A stretch of DNA of 64,000 bases from Eledone cirrhosa (lineage: Eukaryota). The notes beneath the pieces are model-generated. The model worked only from the letters and a program-made list of their open reading frames with translations. It was not told the origin of the DNA and did not search any database. The position numbers and the translations under genes are program-made. The DNA lies in the NCBI GenBank assembly GCA_964016885.1, contig OZ024741.1, forward strand, positions 288,052,001 to 288,116,000, in the 5' to 3' direction. Shown here one piece after another: positions 12,531 through 24,388 of the stretch. How positions within the stretch are numbered: position 1 is the stretch's first letter; every line of letters begins with the position of its first letter.

Positions 12531-12532
<2 letters not shown>
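12092..12532 (+). mobile_element. Palindromic Penelope-like terminal element with hammerhead ribozyme in each arm
   Basis: 170-bp perfect inverted arms 12092-12261 / 12272-12441 with a 10-nt spacer, then a unique tail with TTGTTGAGTGCT...CCTTT. Embedded in (TA)n. Confidence 0.75.
12334..12400 (+). ncRNA. Type I hammerhead ribozyme motif (mirror copy 12133-12199 on - strand)
   Basis: Stem I TATTTTAT/ATAAAATA (8 bp), CTGATGA 12342-12348, stem II AAG.GC.ACCAA...TTGGT..GC.CTT, GAAA 12381-12384, minimal stem III with ATAT loop, AUA cleavage triplet. Confidence 0.75.
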
Positions 12533-12587
<55 letters not shown>

Positions 12588-12875
12588 AAAAAAATACCTA
12601 TTGTATGTGTGAATATATACATATTCAATATATCATATCGGTCATTAAATGGTGATTATGATGATGATGATGATGATGATGAACAACAACAACAGCAACT
12701 GTAATCAATTGTTATAACTATGAAAAGGACATGTGTTACCTTCTGGTGGTCTGATCAAACACTACAATATTTACTAGCGGGGATTGGGTAGCTTTGAGGA
12801 AATAGAAACAAACTTACACACACACACACATATGTTGCTTCGCTTCACATATACATATCTATGGATGTATATATG

Positions 12876-12906
<31 letters not shown>

Positions 12907-12943
12907 TACATATATATATACACTACATATATATATATACACA

Positions 12944-12981
<38 letters not shown>

Positions 12982-13065
12982 AAAGGTAAACAGAAATAAC
13001 AACACAATCGGTACAGTATATGGAAGGTATATATTAGGTTAACGCTTGATATAGCAGGAAGAGGG

Positions 13066-13101
13066 TCTTAACGTTTCGGATGCGAGTCTTTCATCAGAAG
13101 A
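13066..13101 (-). ncRNA. Minimal type I hammerhead motif (family copies at 2752-2790 and 57982-58017)
   Basis: Minus strand: TCTT-CTGATGA-AAGACTCGCATCC-GAAACGTT-AAGA. The three-copy consensus gives a GGAC-loop-GTCC stem II and a palindromic ACGT stem III. Confidence 0.65.
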
Positions 13102-13639
13102 AAGAATGAGAAATAAAATAGATTGAAGGGAAGGGTGGGGTGGAATTGGAAAAAAATGTCTTTAGATAAAAATAACAGGTCCATTCATGTTGACATCTCT
13201 TGAGAGAGGTGTGCCCATAGGTAAAATCCTGACCGCAGCGTCAAGCTGAAACCACTTAGTGCTGTGGTTGGGATATTACCTATCTCTATACCTACACTGC
13301 ATCTCCTCATGCATTGAGTACTTCCATGATTAGTGGTCTCCTTGGTCTGAACAGCACTCTCTTTATATAAATATATATATATTACACATATATAATAATA
13401 AATGTGAAGACTAAATAAATATAAATATATATATATATATGTAATAGAGTAGTAGAGTGTAATGTGTACTTCTAAAAACAGAGAACTGTATGCTTTGTAA
13501 ATAGTAATATATATTTTAGTGTAATTCAAAATATCAATATTTCCTGATGACAGGTAGTTTCATCTTGTAATTTCAGTTTCAAGTTATGTTTATAAGATAT
13601 GGGATCTTCTATAAAAATACAGATTTCAAGATCTTATTT

Positions 13640-14030
13640 CTGTGTGTCCTTCCACCTTCCCCTGTGTGTGTGAGTGACCCTTTACCTTCCCCTGTGTGTG
13701 AGTGTCCCTTCACCTTCCCCTATGTGTGTGTGTGTCTCCCAGACATGTTAGCTATGGGAGTGTCTCTACACCTTCCCCTGTATGTGTGTGTGTGTCTCCC
13801 AGATATGTTAGCTATGTGTGTGTCCCTTTACCTCCACCTCTGTGTCTCCCAGACATGTGTTAGCTATGTGAGTGTCTCTTCACCTTCATCCGTGTGTATC
13901 CCTTCACCTTCCCCTGTGTATGTCTCCCAGACATATGCTAGCTATGTGAGTGTCTTTACACCTTTCCCTGTGTGTGTGACTGTCATTTCACCTTCCCCTG
14001 TGTATGTGTCTCCCAGACATATTAGCTATT
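13640..14030. repeat. Diverged minisatellite (CACCTTCCCCTGTGT / CTCCCAGACATGTTAGCTATG modules)
   Basis: Repeated modules visible directly. Confidence 0.8.
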
Positions 14031-14704
14031 TGGTCACAACATTGGATATGGTTCAGTGCCAGTCTTTCATCTTTCTGGTAGCCACTAAACACCTAATGGT
14101 TAATTGAATCAACTACACCTTTCCCACCAAAATTGTTATTATTATTATCGTTATACCCAGTTTTCCTTTTCATGATGTCCCCTTTCCTATATTTGATATA
14201 AACCCTATTCTGTCAAGTTTTTGCCTTGTGTTGTCCCCAATATCTTAGGCACTTGTGGCCAATAAAAGACATCCTTATTATTATTATTATTATTATAAAG
14301 AAAACATTATTATTATTATATATTTTTCTCATAGTATTTTGTTGTTGTTCTACTGGTATTTGGATTGCTAGACATCAAGCAATCTTGCAATCTTACATAT
14401 ATTCACAATCTCTCTTAGGGAAACCAATAAGTTAGATATAAAGCCGTTTCTTGCTGTCATACGTATATCCACCATCTCTCTTATGGAAATAATCAAGCTT
14501 TATGTTGAGTCAGGAAATTCATCTTGCTGACCAATATCTCCAATCAACCATTTAAATTTCTTGCCACTGCCCTAAGGCTCCTGTTATAAGTAGGATAACT
14601 TTACAGCAGTTTAAACATTCTCTGAATTTTGTACTTTACTTCCTGATTTTGTCAACCACTCTTGTAACATTTTGGCCGCTCGTATTTGCAATTGTATTTT
14701 TTCG

Positions 14705-14965
14705 GTCACTCCAGGTAGAGCCGCTACTTCTCCGAATTGAGAGATTACAGCTCTGATACTAGGGACATGTGGTTAGAATGTCTCAGGAAAGAATCGCTGG
14801 CCAGATTTTACAGGCAAAACCAGCCAGCAGGAGACCCAGAGCAAGATGGCTGGATAACATCCATGAGTTTGGCTGGTCACGTTTGGGGATCCAGACAGGA
14901 CCTACTGGCGGAGGGAGTGTTTGAGGACTCTGCCCCTATGACCCTCTCAGGAATAATTGGGCAAG
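14705..14965 (+). mobile_element. RTE LINE 3' end fragment (second copy at ~32100-32400)
   Basis: Two diverged copies share ...CACTCCA.GTA.AGCC.CTA.TTCTCCGAATT...GGAGACC...CAAGATGG.TGGATA.CATCCATGAG (GRP..RW.D.I.. remnant). Confidence 0.65.
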
Positions 14966-15057
14966 TAACATTGATTAACCAATGAAGTCTTCCTCTTTAT
15001 TGAATATAACAATATCAGAGCACAAATTCTCCATTTGCATCTTTATATCCCATGCTA

Positions 15058-15092
<35 letters not shown>

Positions 15093-18000
15093 GTGGTTGT
15101 TTTCAAGGACATGCTATTTTATAGTCATACCACTTTTCTGCAAGCTCAAATCCAGACATTTGACTAATTCAAGAATGAAAGATTTATAACAACTGGACTA
15201 ATGTAATATCTTACTTTCAGAAACTACATGTACCATCATCTCTTCTACATGCAGCCAATATATCTTCCTTATTATAAGCAGGGTGATTAACTTGAAGACA
15301 ATATGCCTTAGGGCATTTAGTTATGTCCCTTTATTCTGGGGCTCATCTTTGCTTTTCATATTTCTGATGGGGGTTATAAGTAAAGTACCAGTAATATACT
15401 GTGGAATGGCTAAATTGATCTACATTAACTCTAGACTGTAGACTGGACAGACAAACTGGGAGAAGGCTTCTGTGGTTGTGTGTGAGAAGCCTCAAATCAC
15501 CTTATGTGGTTTCTATACCATTTGGAGCATCTTTTTCTTGTGTTCTACATTGTTCTGTACTATTATTTTTGTCTATTATTACCTATATATTAATGTGTTC
15601 CTTATTGTGATTGCTAAATCCACCGTTACTTATATATATTAATACAGTCTTCATTGTTTTTTCTAAACCCACCCGTTTACCTATATAGTAATGTGGTCCT
15701 TATTGGTGTTGCAAAATACATGCTTTTTACTTAATGTAAATCCCTCACTGTTCTTTGTTATTTTATGTATTTCCCCCTTATTCTGTCCTCAATACCTTTT
15801 TATAACCATAATGTCTACTGAACTCTTTCTCTCTCAATCTATACACAGAGAACCAAAAGAGCAACTAATGTAAACTTTGTTTCAATAATACATGACATAT
15901 TACATTTGACAAACACTTCACACTACATATTTAGAAAACAAGGTTGTAGTGAGCAATTTTATGTGTTTTATACCACAGAATAAACAAAAGGTGCACACAT
16001 ACACACAATATAATATATATATATATATAAAAACACACACACATTTATATATACACCCAAGTGTATGTATGCATATATATATATATATATAAATGTACAC
16101 ACACACACAGAGAAATATAATTATATGTATGTTTCTACAATACCACCAGAGGCACCACTGTTCCAATGGGGTGTGTAGCATTACATTTTGGGAGTGTAAA
16201 ATTGTGTTTATATACTACATCAGTTCTGCATTTAGTATTTTGTCAATATGTTGAGTAGAGAATGTATAATGTATTATAGTGTCAGGCAGTGATTGTATGT
16301 AGTATGAGTATGTTGTAGCTTGCATAGGATCTGGACTAGCAGGGCTATTTTTTTAAAAACTGTGTGTAACATTGTAAGCCCTGGTATGGTTTGTATGTTT
16401 TTGTTCTTATTTGATTATACTTAACGTTCCAATTATTAGCAGTTTTTTTGTTTTTTTTAACTTTCATTTCAAGATCTTTATATTTTGACAATTTCTCCCT
16501 CCTTTCAGGCAATATTTTGGTGAGAAGGAATTCAAATGTTTATGCATGTATTTTTATTCCCATCCTTAATATATCAGGGCAGTTTGTTTTGATCTTGTCA
16601 GTTTGTACAAACATGACACAGATGATTGTGGCCAAGTTGTTATCATGTACCATGTTTGGTACAAGCTTATACCACTTCTTATCTGTTTTCATGTCAAAGT
16701 GTTAGCATATTGTTCAAGGATTCAATGATGCCTATGACTATACAGACTTGACAAGGGTTGGGCAACAATTATATCAGTTGCATAGAATGTTTGTTGTGGT
16801 GTTATAAGGTCAAGGATATTTTATTTTTATAGTTTTAGGTTAGGCATTCGCCAGTTGTTTCTTTTAACCATTGTTGCTTTCACTCTGACTTACTTCCTCC
16901 TAGTCAAGCCTTGTTGGATATTGACCATGGAGTGGTTTCTTTTTCCAATTTTCTAAAGTATATTTTGGACTTCTATTTTGATTCTGTCTAATATTTTTTG
17001 TTGTTTTCTTCTCATCAAAATCTATTTCCTCAATATATTATAGTTAGTTTCAAATTTCTACTTTGTTTCCTAATATGTATTGAAAAGTTTTTTTTCCTGT
17101 TACTCTAATCAGTTTCCCTTTGCTTTCTTCTTACCATCTTCTAATCATACTGTTATTTTGTAACAGTTTTCTCTTTGTATCAGACCTCTGCTCCCCTGTA
17201 TAGGTGGGTATATTAGCTGTGGAATGATGGCTTTTGAACACTCAGTTTTTCTCTTTACACTTTTCAATTTACCTAATTTCATGCAATAAATTCATCTTTT
17301 AATATTACTCTAATATTTCCGTAGTCCTTTTTTCTAATTTTCTTTTTCATTTCTGTTCCCCGAGTACTAGGGTTGATTTGATCAACTAACCCACCCCCAA
17401 ATTTATACCAACATTAGAAAAAAACTACTATTATGGTGACAGATTGGCAGAATCATTAAAGTATCAGAGAAAGTGTTTTCTATCATTTAATTGAAGTCTG
17501 AATTCTGAGGTCAACTTTGTATTACATATTTCTGGTGTCGATATAATCAACTTTCTCTTTCTCCCAAACTACTGACATTGTACCTAAATTAGAAACCAAT
17601 CGGTAGAGCATCGAACAACATGCATTGTGGCATAGTTACGGCCCTTTATGTTCTGAGTTTAAATTCCGCCAAGGTTTGCTTTGCCTTTCATCCTTACAAG
17701 GTCACTAAAGCAGCAGTTAAGCACTGGGGTCGATTTAATCGACTTTCCCTTCCCCCAAATTGTTAGCCTTGTGCCTAAATTAGAAACCACTATTATTATT
17801 ACATTGCCAAATACTGGGTTTTATGAATTCATTTTTGCCAAATATATTTGATACTAAAAATGAGTGAATCCACTGCTAGGCCACTCTTATATGAAGAAGA
17901 AATAAAAGTAAAAGATACCAACAACTGTTTCAACCAACAAAAGAAAAGTTTAAATAAAAATAAAAACAACAACAAAGGAATGAAAAGTAAAATAACATAA

Positions 18001-18217
18001 ATTAAATAGATTCAATAAAAATAAAGTTTTCAAGAAAACTGTAATATTTTAATTTCAGTTTATAAAAAAATATGATAATTTCAGAATAATTTACATTTTT
18101 TCCTCAAGACGAAATATAATTAAAGATTTGACACATGCATACATACACATATGCATATAAATAAAAGCTCAATGTAAGATGCTAATATGGCAGTGTGTGT
18201 ATGTGTATATAAATGTA

Positions 18218-18263
<46 letters not shown>

Positions 18264-19036
18264 GTGTGCGTGCATGGATGCAAAATGTGTAATTTCGAAA
18301 TCCTTTTTCATTATGTATAAGTGTATGTAATACAGACAGACAGGAAGTAAACTAGGCAACTAGTTAGATGAATTAGAGAGAGACAAATGGACATATACAC
18401 TGGCAGAAGGAAAAGGTATATATGATATATAGATAGCTGAAGAGATAAAAAATCAGACCCATTAGTAGATATGTAAAGAAAGAGCTGAACAGTCAGATAG
18501 ACTGGCTGATAGAAATGAAAAATTTATACATAAATTAAAAGTCACAACCTGTACAGCAAGATCCTGTGTATATATGTATGTATGAGTGATTTTGGTTCGC
18601 TTCATTTATACACATCTGAAGAGCCCATAGTATTAGTTGAACCACATAATAAATTATGTAATTAGCAATGGTTCTGAGCTGTATTGAGTGAAACGTGTGT
18701 AATGAGAATGTTTGTATATAAATCTATATATATAAAATAGTTTAACACACACACACATGGTTTATAGATATTTATAGAGACCAAAAGTTTTCCACCTGCA
18801 ATGCAGTGTATAGTTCTCTGTTTGAGGTGGCATCACATTTCTCCTGTATTATTTCCAAAAGTTATCAGAGGTGACAGTAAACCACCCTCTTACAGCACGG
18901 CCTACTACATGATAATCTGTCTTCTAAAGAGAAATCTGACCTACAGTTCTTACTCTATATCTGATACTCTGTGATAATGGAAAAGCAGGCAAGATTTTAG
19001 AAGTTGAAGAGAAAAATCCTATATTTGAAACAGTTT

Positions 19037-19267
19037 TTTAACACTTTTGATACCAACCTGTCACAAACCAGTGTTGGTATTCTGATGTAAAACTATTTAT
19101 TTTAAAGTGTTTATATTTATCTAAAATCCTTCCATCATAATTTTATAGAAGAGCCTTTTAATAGTGAGAAAGATTACTAAATTACTCCAAATTTTTTATT
19201 ATTTTCAAAATTATTTGAAAATCATAGGCAGTGTCTTTTATTAGAAATATGGTAATGAAAGGGTTAA
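19037..19267 (+). mobile_element. Second TTAA MITE family
   Basis: TTAACACTTTTGATACCAA...GGTAATGAAAGGGTTAA. Related pieces at 22837-23495, ~31385-31460 and ~63500-63704 (-). Confidence 0.7.
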
Positions 19268-19334
19268 TAGAACCTAATAGTCTATTCTCCAGTTCACCCA
19301 TAAAGTGCGACTTCTCTATACTGTAACCCGCTGT

Positions 19335-19900
19335 CTAGTTATAATTGTTTCTAACACAGGCACAAGGCCAGTAATTCTGGAGAAGGAAAAAGTCAACTAA
19401 ATTAACCCCACTACATAACTGGTGAAAAGCTAAGCAGACTTCAGTGAGATTTGAAATCAGAATGTAAAGAGTTGAAACAAATACCGCAAAACATTTTATC
19501 CAATGCTCGAATGATTCTGCCAAATAATTGTTTCTACTTTTGGCACAAGGCCAGCAATTACCCAGTGCATTACTGGTACTTTATTTTATCGACCCCGTAA
19601 GGATGAAAGGCAAAGTTAACCCCGGCGGGATTTGAACTCAGACCGTAAAGGGACGTAACTATACTGGAAAGCATGGCGTTCGACTCTCTACCGATACTGC
19701 CAATCCACCGCCAAATAATGATTTCTGATTTAGGCACAAGGCCAACAATTTTGGGAGTGGGGAAAGTTGATTAAATTGACCCCAGTCCATTACTGGTAAT
19801 TTATTTTATCAACCCCGGAAGGCAAAGTTGATCTTGATAGGATTTGAACTCAGAATGTTAAGCACCAGTACAAATATTGCAATTTTGCCAATCTACTACC
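19335..19900 (-). mobile_element. Tandem array of three SINE copies
   Basis: Three head-to-tail reverse-complement copies of the dominant SINE. Confidence 0.85.
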
Positions 19901-20805
19901 CCCAAGAGTAGTAGTAGTTCCAGAGTATATCTAAACTCTCTACAACTGTATAATTATGGAACTGACTGATCTATAACACATTTTCAGGGTCATAGATAAA
20001 GCTTGTTGTTCTACAATAAAAATTCTTTGGTTCAAAGCAGAGTTTAAGGAATTGGCTCCTTTCAAGAGCATAGATCAACCTAACATGTGTGTGGCTGTGT
20101 GTGAACACAGAAAAATAAATTAGCAGCTACAAACAACTTTCCATAAAACAAGATCCTATTTCAGATATGTATGTTTGTGTGAGTGAGTGAGTGTGTGTGT
20201 GTATGCACACACATACATATGTATGTGTGTGCATACACACACATACATATGTATGTGTGTGCATACACACACATACATATGTATGTGTAGTTCTTTAAAA
20301 GACAGGCAACAAGCAGCATAGCTGTTGAATTATTATTTTTTTTTTGCTTATGTTGTTGTTGTTTTATTGGTGATGATGATGATGATAAGGATGATGGTAT
20401 GATGACATATGTTTGATGATATTTGAGATGGTTTACTCACCTCACACTCTAAATATATGTGATACAATCACTGATATATGTTTTTTAAGAATATATATAT
20501 ATGTACATACAAATACACTTATACACACACATACACACTGCAACATATATGGATTTACATGTGAGCCACATGCTGTTATTATACACACACACACATATAC
20601 ATTCACTTCAGTGATAAACTCCATTTCTTAATGAAATCTTTCCTTCTCCTCACTACCTCATTCTCTCTCTTCTCTACATTGGTGACAAACAAAACAAGTA
20701 TTACTGATAATGTTCTTTTCTATCCTAAATAACACTACTGCTTTTTTGAGTTCATCATGCACACAAACAAGCACACACATATATAAACATGCAAGAATGT
20801 ATGTC

Positions 20806-20849
<44 letters not shown>

Positions 20850-22111
20850 CACACACACACACAGGTAGGTAGGTATGTATGATTGTGTATGTGTGTATAT
20901 ATATATACATATATATATATATGTAGAACACTGGATTAATCATTAGACAAAAATAACACATATACTTTGGGGCACCAAGGAAAGGGGGTACTAGACAGAG
21001 AGTTACCAAGGTACACTATGGTGCTGCTGAACCAAGATTCCCCCCAAAAAGAGGAATCCACAATAAATTTTGAAAAAAAAAAAAAAAAAAAAAAAAAAAC
21101 TTAAATGGACATATATACATATACAACAAAAATATAAATAATAATAATAGAATATTACTATTAATATTATTATCGTATCCAGTAATAATATATTTTAAAC
21201 ATAGAAATACAAGATATCTGTCAACCTCAATGGCATATTGTGCCCCTAGTAATTCTTCAGTGACAATTGTGTGTTGTTACAGTGTGTAGAGCTATATGAT
21301 GTAATGGGATGTGTTGGCTAATGCTATATTCTTCATGTAGATATAATCTACAACTACTGGCTGTTGTAATCTCGTTTACATTGTTTACACAAAATAGTCA
21401 CAAATAACAGGGATTACTATGAAACATCTCAAAAATTCGAAATGAATTTTTACTCAATTATTTCACATTCAGCACTTATTGTTGGTTAGATAATGAAAGG
21501 GTTAAAGTGGAACCATTATTATGTTGTGTTTAGGAGCATAGGGTTATGTATGTGGTTTTATGATTTTCTAAGAGAGAGAGAGAGTCGGTTTCTAATTCGA
21601 AGACAAGACTTTCATTGGAATTTAGTCTACATCAACTAGCTACTTATGTATGTCTGTATGTGTGGATCCATATATTATAAATTATGTGTATCTATGCCTA
21701 TGTTTTATGTATGTAAATATGTATGTATACACAGATATACAGGAGGCTGACCAGACATCTCCAGCAATACAAAACTCCAATATCCCATAATTCGGTGTTT
21801 CTTTTACTTATTTTTGTACGTTGCTTATTTCATTTTCTTTTCACACCCCAAGATGTATTAACAAGTACTGGAGTGGGGTACATGTATGTGTGGCTGTGTG
21901 TGGAGAAGAGTAACACAAAGAAAAAAAAAGAAAGACAAGAAAATATTCCGGCATATGAAATATTATTTCCCAAAATTCAGTTTGCTTTTTTCATTTACCT
22001 TTCTCATGTGTTTTATATCTTTATGTATGAATATTCATACATAGATAAATATATTTATAAATATGTGTGTGTGTATGTGTGTGTGTGTATGTGTATATAT
22101 ATATATATATA

Positions 22112-22170
<59 letters not shown>

Positions 22171-22183
22171 CACACATCACCCC

Positions 22184-22230
<47 letters not shown>

Positions 22231-22244
22231 TCCATGTGTGTGTG

Positions 22245-22306
<62 letters not shown>

Positions 22307-22573
22307 TATGCATATATCCAAATATTTTGCTTATATAATGTAGACATTAGGAGCATCATGGAAGGGGAAGAAGGGGAGAAAACAAAAAACAAAGAACAAC
22401 AAAAACTCCAAGATATATTCAAGAATGCAGTTATTTCTTTGTTTCTAGCATTCCTTGTTTGTTTGTTTTTCCTTTCTTAGTGGTGAGGAGCTGTGATCAG
22501 TCTTTTCTTATTAAGTTCCTTTTCCGTTTTTGTTATTGTTGCCTTTATTTTTGTTGTTTTCATTATCTTGCTT

Positions 22574-22652
22574 CTATGATGTGAAAGAACTTTCTTTTTC
22601 CAAAGCTAGATCTATAAGCAGTGATGAAGTGTTGTGATACTGTATACCATAC
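22574..22652 (-). CDS. NAGS: NAGS terminal coding exon with TAG stop
   Basis: ctacAG|G TAT GGT...TCA TAG; (W)YGIQYHNTSSLLIDLALEKESSFTS* (compare WFG...L...A...DSF). Phase fits the upstream exon across a 17.3 kb intron. Confidence 0.85.
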
Positions 22653-23761
22653 CTGTAGAATAAACCAAGATGACAGAAACATAAGCATAAGAGAAATACA
22701 TGATGTCATTGCATTTTGGGGGATTGGGACAAATTTGTTAAAGCAATGGAAAAAATACATGCAGTATCTGTTCCAGCTCTTTACATTTTGAATTCAAATT
22801 CCACTGAAGTCAACTCTGCCTTTCATCCATTTGGGATTAACTCTTGATACCAAACCACCTGAAACTGCTCTTAGGTCTATGGAATGCCATTTCATATAAA
22901 CTGTTTATAACAATTTGAAAACTTTCCATCATAATTTTATGTAAAAACCTTTGATAAGTTATGTTCCAAACACCAGCTTAATAATGTTAACATTAGTTAT
23001 TTTACTGAATCCTTCCAAATTCTTGGTTATTTTTATATTTATTTGAAATGTATAAAAAGTGTCTTTCATTGGAAATTTAGTAATGAAAGTTAAGATTATA
23101 AATGTTTCTATTTGTTATAAAGTATTTATATTAATCTAAAAACCTTCCATCATAATTTTATGTAAGAACCTTTAACCCTTTAGCATTCACATTACTCTAT
23201 ATATACTATTATATTTTCTTGGTAAAGGCTTTACCCCACATAATTATCTCACATAATATCGAATCTATGAGATTTTGAAAGTATTTATTTTGAGAACAAT
23301 ACCATAACATCAGTTTGAGTGACCAGTTACAGCCAGTTTCAACAGAAAAAGGTAGAGAATTCTGGCCAGTTTGAACATTAAAGGGTTAAGTTATGTTCCA
23401 AACACCAGCTGAATAATGAGAAAGTTGGTTATTTGATGAACTCCCTCTAACTTTTTGATTATTTTCCAGATTACTTGAATGTCAAATGGTTAATGAAAGA
23501 GACTTCCAGTTAAATTGCTGGCCTTGTGCCTAAATTAGAAACTATAGGATGATGGATTGGCAGAGTCATTTGAATATTGGATAAAATTCTTTGTGGCATT
23601 TGTTCCAGCTCTTTATGTTCTTGCTTGATATTCTGGGATCAATTTAATTAACGTTTCCCCTCTACCCAAATTGCTGGCCTTGGGCCTAAATTAGAAACCA
23701 TTATTATTATAACTATTTAATAGGGCGGTGGATTGGAAGTATCAGTAGAAGGTCGGACGCC

Positions 23762-23930
23762 AGTGTGGCTTGTTCAGGACGTGGCACAACTGACATGATC
23801 TTTTCTCTCCGCCATGTTGCCGAAAAGGTCTGTGAGAGAAATGAGGAACTATACATGGTGTTCGTAGATCTAACCAAAGCCTTTGACACTGTAAATCTGC
23901 AAGCACTCTCGAAAGTTCTAAAGACAAGAT
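23762..23930 (+). mobile_element. RTE/BovB-like RT fragment
   Basis: GRGTTDMIFSLR...EK..E.N.ELYMVFVDLTKAFDTVN. Confidence 0.85.
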
Positions 23931-24355
23931 GCTTGTCATTATTGTCTAGGGCAGTGGATTGGCAGTATCAGTAGAGGGTCGGACGCCATGCTTTGACGCA
24001 TAGTTACGTCCCTTGCCATTCTGAGTTCAAATCCCGCCAAGGTTAACTTTGCCTTTCATCCTTACGGGGTCGATAAAATAAAAGTACCAGTAATAAACTG
24101 AGTAATTGCTGGCCTTGTGCCAAAAAGTAGAAACAATTATTATTATAACTATTTGGCAAATTCATCAGAGCATTGAACAAAATGCTTTGCTCTATTTGTT
24201 TTAACTTTTTATGTTCTGAGTTCAAATCCTGCCAAGGTCAACTTACTTTTCATCCTCCTAGGTTTGATAAAATAAAGTACCAGTTAAATACTGAGGTCGA
24301 TTTCATTGACTTTCCCCTCCCCAAAAACCTTTGGCATTGTGTCTAAATCAGAAAC

Positions 24356-24388
<33 letters not shown>

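Noticed and set aside
13540-13580. Isolated CTGATGA
   Set aside because: No downstream GAAA or paired stems on the same strand.
15500-17350. T-rich non-repetitive stretch that may be an ancient element on the minus strand (also 24500-25020)
   Set aside because: No motif I can identify with confidence; a translated search against TE protein libraries would be needed.
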